A DNA stretch of 54,973 bases, from positions 1 to 54,973 of IMG/VR virus record IMGVR_UViG_3300046752_000076; one strand, 5' to 3'. The notes under the pieces were generated by a model that worked only from the letters and a program-made list of their open reading frames with translations, was not told the origin of the DNA and ran no database searches. The DNA is from a virus (Duplodnaviria; Caudoviricetes). This document shows positions 9,527-17,087 of this stretch, piece after piece; within the stretch, counting starts at the first letter, position 1, and every line of letters starts with the position of its first letter. The position numbers and the translations under genes were made by a program.

Positions 9527-11047
9527 TTATTTCTCCTTGTGTAGCAAAAATGCAAAACTGATGACTGTAACATCAGTATCAACGTCTTTATCCTCAGTAC
9601 GGAAACGTAAACGTATACCGCGAAAGATATGGTTAAATGGAAAAGAGTAGTCTTGAACGAGCGGAGCATCGCCCCACTTTTTATCGCCTTCAATACGGTC
9701 AAGGTTCACCTCCACCGATCCAATGTCGGAGCCATTTTCATCCGTCATATCTATGTAAAACCGACCCGTACCTGTCGCTTGACAGATAAAGGTGTGACAT
9801 CTTTTTGTTCCGAGAAAATCACCAAGCCAAAGCACGGGAGTTTCTGCGTTCATCGGTGATCTACGAAGATCAGATAAACCTGTATCTTGTACGAACGTAC
9901 GGGCGGTTGCTTCGTATACGCCGTCTGCCGTACCAAACATCAATCTGCCGCCTAGAAAAGTACCGCATCTCGGTAACAATGTATCACCAAGCTGATAGTT
10001 TACGAGTTCGTACCCAGCACGAAAGTTCATGCTTAAACGCTGCGTTTGGTTTCCGCCAGCTCTAGGAAAGAATACGTGATACGTCTGCGTATCTGGATCG
10101 TACACAGCAGATATTGTTTCTGGATTAGGAGTTGTTCGTACAAGCTCTTGATATAACGGCTCGACTTCATCAGATAGCGATGCTTCAGCAATAGTAATAC
10201 CGTTTTGCTCAGATCGCATAATCGAGTGGATGCCGCGTCGAGAGCAGAACAATAAGTCTGATCCAGCATTTACGATTGTGTTATGAGCTATACACCCAAT
10301 ACGTAAGTTTGCCCTGCTATCAAGTTGCCATTGTTCAAAGTCTGGATCGATAATGTAAACAAGCGTCTGATCTTTTGTAAACACGGCAAGACGGTTTGCT
10401 TCAAACGTACCCATTCCAACAATTTCATCGGCAGTACCAATAAGATTAGATATGTCAATAAACGCTGCACGCGTTACTTCTTCAGTTGGCGCTTCCTCTT
10501 CGAGAAAGATGTCTGGATTATCAACACGACAAAATTCTACAGTAGTAGGTCTGTCCTTAAATCCAGCTACTGCTAAACGACGCTGAATAGGAACGCCAAA
10601 CTTAGGCTTGATAGAAGCAGTAGATGTCGAGAACTCAAACCCATCATATCGATACATTCTTGTATCTTGGTTGAAGACGTGAACTTTACCTTGGAAGTTT
10701 GTCATCGAGACAACAGCATCTTTTTTAAAAGCATCTCTTAGCTCATGCCCTCGATCAGATGATAAGTGTGTGCCTGCTGCATCTTCTTCTGCAAAGCAAA
10801 CTCCATCTCTATTGTAAAAACGTAGGCACTTAACAGGAAAACGATTAGAACCCTTATGTAGATAAAAGGCTGGGTCGCGAATAAGCTGACCTCGATAATC
10901 GACAAAGCAGTTCTCTAGCTGCCAAAAGTTTTGATCCTTCTCTGTTTCGAGAGCCGTAATATCACGCGATCTATCAATACCACGAAAGCCGAAGTAACTT
11001 CGGCTGTCTGATTTTACGGCTATTGGAGAGTACGATAGTCGTGACAT
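9527..11047 (-). CDS. Tail nozzle/stabilization protein (tail tubular B or P22 gp10-like)
   Basis: 506 aa, beta-rich; N-terminal FRGIDRS...LENCFVD and internal IGCIAHNTIV...LLFCSRRGI motifs; follows the adaptor. Confidence 0.7.
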   Translation of the reverse strand: MSRLSYSPIAVKSDSRSYFGFRGIDRSRDITALETEKDQNFWQLENCFVDYRGQLIRDPAFYLHKGSNRFPVKCLRFYNRDGVCFAEEDAAGTHLSSDRGHELRDAFKKDAVVSMTNFQGKVHVFNQDTRMYRYDGFEFSTSTASIKPKFGVPIQRRLAVAGFKDRPTTVEFCRVDNPDIFLEEEAPTEEVTRAAFIDISNLIGTADEIVGMGTFEANRLAVFTKDQTLVYIIDPDFEQWQLDSRANLRIGCIAHNTIVNAGSDLLFCSRRGIHSIMRSEQNGITIAEASLSDEVEPLYQELVRTTPNPETISAVYDPDTQTYHVFFPRAGGNQTQRLSMNFRAGYELVNYQLGDTLLPRCGTFLGGRLMFGTADGVYEATARTFVQDTGLSDLRRSPMNAETPVLWLGDFLGTKRCHTFICQATGTGRFYIDMTDENGSDIGSVEVNLDRIEGDKKWGDAPLVQDYSFPFNHIFRGIRLRFRTEDKDVDTDVTVISFAFLLHKEK

Positions 11048-11586
11048 TAATAACTGCCTGAGCTAGAAGAAGAACCTGATGAGGCAGAAGATGGATTGCC
11101 ACCCGTAGCCGTAGATGTCTTTGACGTTGTAGTGTCTGTGGTTTTCTTCGTGGATGGTGGGCAGTAAGCTGTATTGCTACCGCCATCGGTAATGCTTCTC
11201 TGGTAAGACTTGTTACCGTACGCACGTTCGTGAAGAATGTTTGCCATGTTTGCTTGATACAACTGTAAGAAAACCATGGCCTTCTCGCTGCCTTGCTGGA
11301 TAAAATAGTGAGCAGTCAAACCATCGATCATAATCATATCAGGGATTGCCCTGATTTCAGTGATGTCGTTGAAGTAATCAATGTCTCCACCTTCCCAATA
11401 AGGGTGTTGGCGTACGTCTTCGATCACTCGGTTAGCAAGCTCAATCATTAGCATCATCACTTCGCCATCAACCCTCGATGGTGAGAAGTTACCAGCACGC
11501 ACCAGAGCAGAGCGTACGAGATTTTCTAAGGGCGAATGATCGCCCCGTCCTGCCGCAAACGGCTTCTGTACGCTCTTCTCTGTCAT
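11047..11586 (-). CDS. Head-tail adaptor (tail tubular A-like)
   Basis: Helical ORF between capsid and nozzle genes; likely start MTEKS at 11586 by TAATG coupling. Confidence 0.55.
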   Translation of the reverse strand: MTEKSVQKPFAAGRGDHSPLENLVRSALVRAGNFSPSRVDGEVMMLMIELANRVIEDVRQHPYWEGGDIDYFNDITEIRAIPDMIMIDGLTAHYFIQQGSEKAMVFLQLYQANMANILHERAYGNKSYQRSITDGGSNTAYCPPSTKKTTDTTTSKTSTATGGNPSSASSGSSSSSGSY

Positions 11587-11945
11587 TAATCTTCCTCTGC
11601 GTTGATAACGCGGCCTGACCATACAAAGTGATGTTTCATCATCATTTCAGCAAGGTCACTTGGAACTCTCCAACTTACGTGTTCTCGTGCGCCATCCCAG
11701 ATACCCGTCACTCTTGTTTCGCCTATGCGTAAGTCGTAAACTGAACTCTCAGGATTAGCTGACACAAACATTGTGAAAGCACTTCCGCTAGGTTTTGGGG
11801 CTGCCTTTTTAGACTTTGCTTTCTTGGAAGCCTTTTCTCTGCTTTCAGATTTATCTTCCTCGACCCATGCCTCGTTTACATCGGGGGTGCTAGGGTCGTC
11901 GCCAATAAGCTGCCCCTTATCGTTTCTTGCACGTTTTTTTGCCAT
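11586..11945 (-). CDS. Hypothetical protein downstream of the capsid gene
   Basis: Likely start MAKKRARNDKGQLIGDDPSTPDVNEAW at 11945 (GAGG RBS); the longer track ORF crosses a terminator. Confidence 0.65.
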   Translation of the reverse strand: MAKKRARNDKGQLIGDDPSTPDVNEAWVEEDKSESREKASKKAKSKKAAPKPSGSAFTMFVSANPESSVYDLRIGETRVTGIWDGAREHVSWRVPSDLAEMMMKHHFVWSGRVINAEED

Positions 11946-11971
11946 AAAGTTTTCCTCGTAAAATTGCTCTT

Positions 11972-12004
11972 TATTTATGAAGTTTATTTGCGGCTCAGTC
12001 GTCC
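11972..12004 (-). promoter_or_regulatory. GGACGAC-type putative late promoter
   Basis: GGACGAC (11998-12004) directly after the capsid terminator; AT-rich CATAAAT 18 nt downstream. Confidence 0.6.
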
Positions 12005-12010
12005 TTATTA

Positions 12011-12042
12011 CAAAAGGGCCACGCGAGAAGCGCAGCCCTTTC
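12011..12042 (-). terminator. Intrinsic terminator after the major capsid gene
   Basis: Minus strand AAAGGGCTGCG-CTTCT-CGCGTGGCCCTTTT imperfect hairpin with U tract. Confidence 0.6.
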
Positions 12043-12064
12043 TTTAAACAGCTTATGGGAGGAG

Positions 12065-13228
12065 TTAAGCTGTTGCGTTCCAACCCTTGATGTACGCATG
12101 GGTTTTGTCCTGCAATAGTTCCAAACCACATTCGGTAAGGTACTCGTGCTTAACAGCATCCATATCGTTTGACTGACGATCACGTAGCAACTGAGTGTCG
12201 CGACCTTCCATGAAACGGTACTTGAGGTGTGGGAAGTCGATGATGACTGCCGCATTTTCCATGCCTGGAACCTGACGGAATTGAGGGTGTAAATGCACCA
12301 TCAAGTCGCCTGCGAACGTAGCATAGCGAGTTAAGTTCACACCGTATGTGCCCTCAACTACAGTTGGCTGCCAGCGATCTTTACCAAACTTCTGCAAGTG
12401 GCCTGCAACTTTTGCACCACAGAACATGATCTTCTGATTGCTTCCGAAAGCGAAAACATCTTCGATCAATGATCGGTCAAACTGATCTTCTGTCATAACG
12501 CCAGAAGCTGTTGCACGGTCATTTACGTTTGTGATGGTACTAATTAATCCACCTGTCATACGTGTTGGTTGAGCAGTAGAGGCATTTGCTTCATTCTTCT
12601 TACCGAAGAACATTGCTCGCTCAATATCCTGCATGTGCAGTTTAAGAGCTTTCGTAGCCATCTCGTCCTCTTTATCGCCTGTACGAAGATTGGTCGCACG
12701 CAAAGTTTCGGTTACGGTAAATGCCGTACGAAAGATTTGTGTGAAGTTCGAAGCCACGCTGGCGTCAAATGAGATGCCAGTCGGTGATGTCGCACCTTCT
12801 TCGTACGCTGTGCCTGCGATGAATAGATTTGCACCATCATCGATTGCAGCAGCGCCTCCGCCAATACCACGCTCAACTGTTAGTGAGGTAGCAGTACTGT
12901 CGGCAGTACAACGCATAACTTCGTTAGTCGCTGAGTTTACAATAAGTGAACCAGCTACAGCAAAAGTTCCTGCATTGTTGTTAGTGATTGTAATAGACGT
13001 AGCACTGTTGTTTACAGCACCATTGACTACTAATGCACGAGCAGGGAGTTCATCTCTGAAGTTCTTAAATTCTGGGTCATCCGTGGCTTCTGATGAAGTC
13101 ATTGATAACAAAGCGTTTAAGGGAGCGTTCCCATTTGGTTCCAAGAGTGTGAATAACTCTCGGTAATTTTTCGGGCGGAAGTCCGTTGTAAACTGACCTG
13201 TTCCCCGAAGTCCTTGAATACCAGCCAT
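12065..13228 (-). CDS. Major capsid protein (SU10/DUF5309-like HK97 fold)
   Basis: 387 aa; NFTQIFRTAFTVTET, KALKLHMQDIERAMFFG, TRMTGGL and terminal EYLTECGLEL motifs; AAGGAG RBS; follows the scaffold gene. Confidence 0.9.
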   Translation of the reverse strand: MAGIQGLRGTGQFTTDFRPKNYRELFTLLEPNGNAPLNALLSMTSSEATDDPEFKNFRDELPARALVVNGAVNNSATSITITNNNAGTFAVAGSLIVNSATNEVMRCTADSTATSLTVERGIGGGAAAIDDGANLFIAGTAYEEGATSPTGISFDASVASNFTQIFRTAFTVTETLRATNLRTGDKEDEMATKALKLHMQDIERAMFFGKKNEANASTAQPTRMTGGLISTITNVNDRATASGVMTEDQFDRSLIEDVFAFGSNQKIMFCGAKVAGHLQKFGKDRWQPTVVEGTYGVNLTRYATFAGDLMVHLHPQFRQVPGMENAAVIIDFPHLKYRFMEGRDTQLLRDRQSNDMDAVKHEYLTECGLELLQDKTHAYIKGWNATA

Positions 13229-13360
13229 TGCTAGTCTCCTTCTAGGTTAAGTTACTATCTTCGAGGTACTAATGACCACGCGGTACAATCACGCGAAAAT
13301 CCTTCGTCCCTATATATAACATCGAAAAAAAGAGCCGTAGCGCAAATCGATATTGATTTG

Positions 13361-13391
13361 ATATTGTCAGAAAAGTTTATTGTGGTCGTCC
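13361..13391 (-). promoter_or_regulatory. GGACGAC-type putative late promoter for the capsid gene
   Basis: GGACGAC (13385-13391), 18 nt, CAATAT; right after a terminator. Confidence 0.65.
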
Positions 13392-13398
13392 CACTTGT

Positions 13399-13422
13399 AA
13401 AAAAAATCGCCCCGAAGGGCGA
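13399..13422 (-). terminator. Intrinsic terminator after the scaffold gene
   Basis: TCGCCC-TTCG-GGGCGA followed by a run of T on the minus strand. Confidence 0.85.
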
Positions 13423-13427
13423 CTTTC

Positions 13428-14441
13428 TTAACCCATACGTTTGCTCATCGCGTTCTGTGCAAGTCGTGCAAGGGTGTCATCTCCGCCTGTTTCTGCTGCT
13501 TGGCTAGTAGGGCCACCTGATTGTGAGCGTAAATATGCCTCACGTCGTTTAGCCATTTCGCGTATGCGTTCGAACTCTGGCGCGTTCATTTGGTTTTTAA
13601 AGTCATTAACGACTTTGTTCGTAAGCCCCATGTCCACAAAGTCTTCGGCAGTATACCCACGCTCTAGTGCGTACGCACGAAAGTCATCGAGAGCTTCATC
13701 AGGCAAGCCAGCTTGCTGCTGGGCTTTATCAAGATTGTTTCGTATCGTGTTGGTTATAGTATCTTCACGAGATTGCATTGCTTCTTCTCGTGATTGATTG
13801 CCTTGCTGACCAGCCGCCATAGCTTGCTGCATGATGTTCTGGTTCATATTAACCATTTGACCCATCATTCTTTTCATTTCAGCTATTTCGATATTCATCT
13901 CACGAAACCCAGGTGGTAACGAGATGGCATTTTCATCTTCGTACTTCTGAAACTCTTCATTTAGTTTGGCAGACAAAGCCTCTGCATCACCCTGTTGGGG
14001 TGCTACTGGTTGGGCTACTCCTTCTTGTTTTGGACGAGCCTGTCCCATCTGAGCATTTTTACTCATAGCCTTTAAGCCTGCTGCCATTAACTTAGCAGCT
14101 TCTTCTGGGCCTTGACCTGTCTTTTCCATAATCATGCTAGCAAGATCATTTACAGGTTTCATCTGCGCTTGTTTGAAGTTGAGGTCACGATACCGTTCGT
14201 ACGTACCAGCAATTTGTGACGGTGAAAGAGGACGTTCTTCATCGCCAATCTTCACGTTATAAATGATTGCCTCTGCTTGAGACTTGTCGCCTTCAGTCTC
14301 AGGAGATGCAGCCGCAACTGCTTTTTCTTGTGCAGTCTCTGGTGCCTCCTTCGTCTCTGGCTTTGGTTGTGCTGGCGCACCCATTTGTGAAGCAGCAATA
14401 CGTGCTACTTGATCTGCGTCTTTTTCTGGTTGTCTAGCCAT
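13428..14441 (-). CDS. Capsid scaffolding protein
   Basis: 337 aa, Gln/Glu/Ala-rich and helical, YNVKIGDEERPLS motif, immediately upstream of the capsid gene. Confidence 0.75.
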   Translation of the reverse strand: MARQPEKDADQVARIAASQMGAPAQPKPETKEAPETAQEKAVAAASPETEGDKSQAEAIIYNVKIGDEERPLSPSQIAGTYERYRDLNFKQAQMKPVNDLASMIMEKTGQGPEEAAKLMAAGLKAMSKNAQMGQARPKQEGVAQPVAPQQGDAEALSAKLNEEFQKYEDENAISLPPGFREMNIEIAEMKRMMGQMVNMNQNIMQQAMAAGQQGNQSREEAMQSREDTITNTIRNNLDKAQQQAGLPDEALDDFRAYALERGYTAEDFVDMGLTNKVVNDFKNQMNAPEFERIREMAKRREAYLRSQSGGPTSQAAETGGDDTLARLAQNAMSKRMG

Positions 14442-14718
14442 TGTCTATCCTTTCTGAGCGGCCTTGGCGGCTCGTGGCTTCTTCAAGTGAAAGCTCACCC
14501 TCTAGTTTGTGGATGAGCCGTTCGGGCATATTAAGCAATTGCTCTGCTGCCCATATTGCACCTCGCTGAAAGTCCATCTGCTGTTGCGTCATTTCTTGGG
14601 TTCGAGCCATTGCAAGTGCGAGAGTTAGTATTTCTTCTCTCATTACTTCGTTTACGTGGTTCCAACCTTTACTTTCTGCGAGTTCAATTATGTCTTTAAC
14701 TTTGCTCTTGACGTTCAT
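14434..14718 (-). CDS. Small head-module protein
   Basis: 94 aa with S-x-GW...FQRGAI pattern typical of small genes between portal and scaffold. Confidence 0.6.
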   Translation of the reverse strand: MNVKSKVKDIIELAESKGWNHVNEVMREEILTLALAMARTQEMTQQQMDFQRGAIWAAEQLLNMPERLIHKLEGELSLEEATSRQGRSERIDNG

Positions 14719-14733
14719 GTTGAGTTTGTTTCT

Positions 14734-14841
14734 TTACTTTTTCACCTTCAGTCCTGAAGGTTTCTTTTTGACTGGTGCTTTACCAGCGCGTACAGGCGAG
14801 CACCCCTTTTTCTTCATCCCATTTTTCTTTCCGTGTGGCAT
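14734..14841 (-). CDS. Lys-rich micro-protein (35 aa)
   Basis: Hand translation MPHGKKNGMKKKGCSPVRAGKAPVKKKPSGLKVKK; TAATG coupling with the upstream ORF. Confidence 0.65.
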   Translation of the reverse strand: MPHGKKNGMKKKGCSPVRAGKAPVKKKPSGLKVKK

Positions 14842-15047
14842 TACTTCTTACCTTTCTTCCAAGAGATCCTCTTGGAGCTTGTTTTCTTTCTGGCTGCGCT
14901 TGTGCATTGCGCTTTCGTAGGCCGACAGGCTGGGTAGGACTTACGCTTTTCACCCTTCTTACGACCACAGGGTTTCCCAGTTTTACAGTCTATCCATCCT
15001 TTGCCGCCGTTCTGAGCAAACCATGTACGAAGATCATTTTTTGCCAC
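14841..15047 (-). CDS. Lys/Arg/Cys-rich small protein (68 aa)
   Basis: LRTWF...KGWIDCKTGKPCGR...YPACRP; GTG start overlapping the previous ORF. Confidence 0.7.
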   Translation of the reverse strand: MAKNDLRTWFAQNGGKGWIDCKTGKPCGRKKGEKRKSYPACRPTKAQCTSAARKKTSSKRISWKKGKK

Positions 15048-15156
15048 GAGGTTTTTTCTTTTTCTTTGCAGCAGCTATCACGTCGCCACGAGTAATCTTC
15101 TTCTTGTTACCGTACTGGGCGGCAAGTTTCTTTTGAGCTGGTGTCATACGTTTCAT
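15034..15156 (-). CDS. Lys-rich micro-protein (40 aa)
   Basis: MKRMTPAQKKLAAQYGNKKKITRGDVIAAAKKKKKPRGKK; ATGA coupling. Confidence 0.65.
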   Translation of the reverse strand: MKRMTPAQKKLAAQYGNKKKITRGDVIAAAKKKKKPRGKK

Positions 15157-15317
15157 TTCTTTTTGCCTTTACTTTTGTTTCCCCAGTTTTTAGCGCCAAC
15201 CTTACGGCACTTACTCAACGCCCCACTTGCATACGCAGAAGGCCAAACTTTATATCTGGCTTTCACTTTGCTATAACAGGCGTCTTTCTTAGCCGTTTTT
15301 TTCTTCTTGGCTGGCAT
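15153..15317 (-). CDS. Lys-rich micro-protein (54 aa)
   Basis: MPAKKKKTAKKDACYSKVKARYKVWPSAYASGALSKCRKVGAKNWGNKSKGKKK. Confidence 0.7.
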   Translation of the reverse strand: MPAKKKKTAKKDACYSKVKARYKVWPSAYASGALSKCRKVGAKNWGNKSKGKKK

Positions 15318-15320
15318 GAC

Positions 15321-15413
15321 TTAGCCTTGCGTACACGGGCAGTCTTTGTGCTGCATGTTTCCTGTCTGAGTTTTTAAACCCAGCTTTTTAACTTCTTTGG
15401 ATGTCTTAGCCAT
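15321..15413 (-). CDS. Basic micro-protein (30 aa) with CPC motif
   Basis: MAKTSKEVKKLGLKTQTGNMQHKDCPCTQG; TAATG coupling. Confidence 0.55.
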   Translation of the reverse strand: MAKTSKEVKKLGLKTQTGNMQHKDCPCTQG

Positions 15414-15523
15414 TAGTAACCCTTCTTCTTCTTCATAGGCTTACCAGACTTGGCCGCTGCTTTCTTAGCTGCTGCTTTACCCTTTTTTGTGTAAGGGAAT
15501 TTTTTCTTTCCTACTGTTGGCAT
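15413..15523 (-). CDS. Lys/Ala-rich micro-protein (36 aa)
   Basis: MPTVGKKKFPYTKKGKAAAKKAAAKSGKPMKKKKGY; AAGGAG RBS. Confidence 0.7.
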   Translation of the reverse strand: MPTVGKKKFPYTKKGKAAAKKAAAKSGKPMKKKKGY

Positions 15524-15533
15524 GGTATACTCC

Positions 15534-15797
15534 TTAACAGTTCCAAGCACGACGGCTCCAATAGTTAGCCGACAATTTATTTGATTTACCTTTTATCCCA
15601 CCGCTACGAGCGCAGTACGATTTCTTTCGAGAGGGCGTACCTTTCTTGATTGTCATCTTGGCATCCCCGAAGCGAATTATTTTTTCCTTGCCATTGGCGC
15701 AGGCTTTCACAACAAACTTCTTGCCGCCCGAAACCTGACGCTTCGGTTTGTTACAGGCCATAGATTTCTTGGAAGCTTTCTTTTTTGCTGCTGGCAT
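15534..15797 (-). CDS. Lys-rich small protein (87 aa)
   Basis: KKFVVKAC...KIIRFGD...RKKSYCARS...SANYWSRRAWNC; AAGGAG RBS. Confidence 0.75.
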   Translation of the reverse strand: MPAAKKKASKKSMACNKPKRQVSGGKKFVVKACANGKEKIIRFGDAKMTIKKGTPSRKKSYCARSGGIKGKSNKLSANYWSRRAWNC

Positions 15798-15815
15798 AAC
15801 TAACTCCTTTAGAGC

Positions 15816-15846
15816 ATTATGTTTATTATACAGCTACATGTCGTCC
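15816..15846 (-). promoter_or_regulatory. GGACGAC-type putative late promoter
   Basis: GGACGAC (15840-15846), 18 nt, CATAAT. Confidence 0.7.
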
Positions 15847-15930
15847 TTATTTATCGTCTTTCCAAACCGTCCAAAGCAAAATTAAAACAAAGACAATTAA
15901 TAAAATATCGACTAACATTATCCTCTAAAT

Positions 15931-15937
15931 GTCGTCC
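15931..15937 (-). promoter_or_regulatory. Second GGACGAC motif in the same intergenic gap
   Basis: 4 nt after the oxygenase stop codon; -10 element unclear. Confidence 0.5.
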
Positions 15938-15941
15938 TCTA

Positions 15942-16577
15942 TCAAAACATGCAGTCGTCAAAAACAGCATTGCAGCTAAGAATTATTCTATCTTCATCTG
16001 CCATGTGTGGATTGGTGAAATGTGCCATATGCGCTGGAAAAACAACTAACATGCCCTTCTTAGGGTTAAGGGTGTACTTATCATTCCATAATGCAAAGCC
16101 ATTTCCATAAATCATATTGTAAGAAGATGCCGCTGGATTGCGAAAAACAATCTCACCAGTACCCTCTGAGGTTGCTCCATAAAACACACAAGCTAAATGA
16201 GCAAAGCCGTGAATATGCTCTGGTGCAAAATGACCATGACCATAAATCGAAACCCAAGAATTTGTAAGGTGAAACTTCGGGTCTGTATTTAAAGCGTTTG
16301 TGTACTTTTGACACTGCCTAACGATAGCGTGATGTATTGGATCAAAGCGTTTATCTTCGTCCAGTTTAAATCTACCATGACTTGTGTAACCATGTTTTTT
16401 GTAATCTTCGGGTGACTTCGCTCGTTCAAAGTTATGCCAAGCATGACTTATAAGCTTTCCGTTAGGGTCTTGGTCACGCAAATCATAAGCGTACTCGCAC
16501 AGATCGTCAGCTAATTTTTCCCCATCGTCTATGATTTCATGTAAGATAGGAAAGCTAAAAGGGTTCTCAAACCCCAT
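15942..16577 (-). CDS. 2OG-Fe(II) oxygenase (TIGR02466-like)
   Basis: NSWVSIY...EHIHG (HxH), LACVFY, GEIVF-x-NP, LVVFPAHMAH, RIILSCN. Confidence 0.85.
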   Translation of the reverse strand: MGFENPFSFPILHEIIDDGEKLADDLCEYAYDLRDQDPNGKLISHAWHNFERAKSPEDYKKHGYTSHGRFKLDEDKRFDPIHHAIVRQCQKYTNALNTDPKFHLTNSWVSIYGHGHFAPEHIHGFAHLACVFYGATSEGTGEIVFRNPAASSYNMIYGNGFALWNDKYTLNPKKGMLVVFPAHMAHFTNPHMADEDRIILSCNAVFDDCMF

Positions 16578-16788
16578 TTGCTTCTTTGACCCTTGCTATT
16601 AGAGAAGCTGGTTCTTCTTTAGCGATTATATAAATATGGTCGCCAAGACAAACTTTACATCCCCAACCCTCCGATGGTTTTCCTGCTTCGTCCAAAATAC
16701 CAAGAGGTATGCTCATGGTAAATTTAACAGTAGTCGGATCGAAAAAATGTTTGTGATTTTCAACGTCAGTGTAAGTAATAAATTTCAT
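16567..16788 (-). CDS. Hypothetical protein
   Basis: 73-aa ORF in operon context. Confidence 0.55.
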   Translation of the reverse strand: MKFITYTDVENHKHFFDPTTVKFTMSIPLGILDEAGKPSEGWGCKVCLGDHIYIIAKEEPASLIARVKEANGV

Positions 16789-16796
16789 AGTGTATG

Positions 16797-17087
16797 TTAG
16801 TCTCCGTCTGGAAGATTGTTTACCTCTACTGCTTCAGCAGCAGTCTCAGTTGGTGATAACGGCATAGCTGGAACGTTACTGTAATCGTCTTCTATGTCGT
16901 CTGGAAAACTGGCTGGGTGATCGCGTAACGCTGTACGATACGCAACCCAATCAGTCTTTGCTGTATTGTATGCAGAGTAGCTTGTTGAGTTTTCCAAGAG
17001 CTTGATTATTTCTATGTCACTCTTTGCTAACTTATCATCTCTAGCCGCCCTCATGTTTTTCATAAGAAGTTCTTTATCAACAGCCAT
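16797..17087 (-). CDS. Tail fibre assembly chaperone
   Basis: R-AARDDKLAKSD...WVAYRTALRDHP...P motif; follows the fibre gene. Confidence 0.8.
   Translation of the reverse strand: MAVDKELLMKNMRAARDDKLAKSDIEIIKLLENSTSYSAYNTAKTDWVAYRTALRDHPASFPDDIEDDYSNVPAMPLSPTETAAEAVEVNNLPDGD

Noticed and set aside
11946-12131. N-terminal extension of ORF 11586-12131 or a capsid frameshift product
   Set aside because: It crosses a terminator and a GGACGAC promoter; there is a good RBS at 11945 and no evident slippery site.
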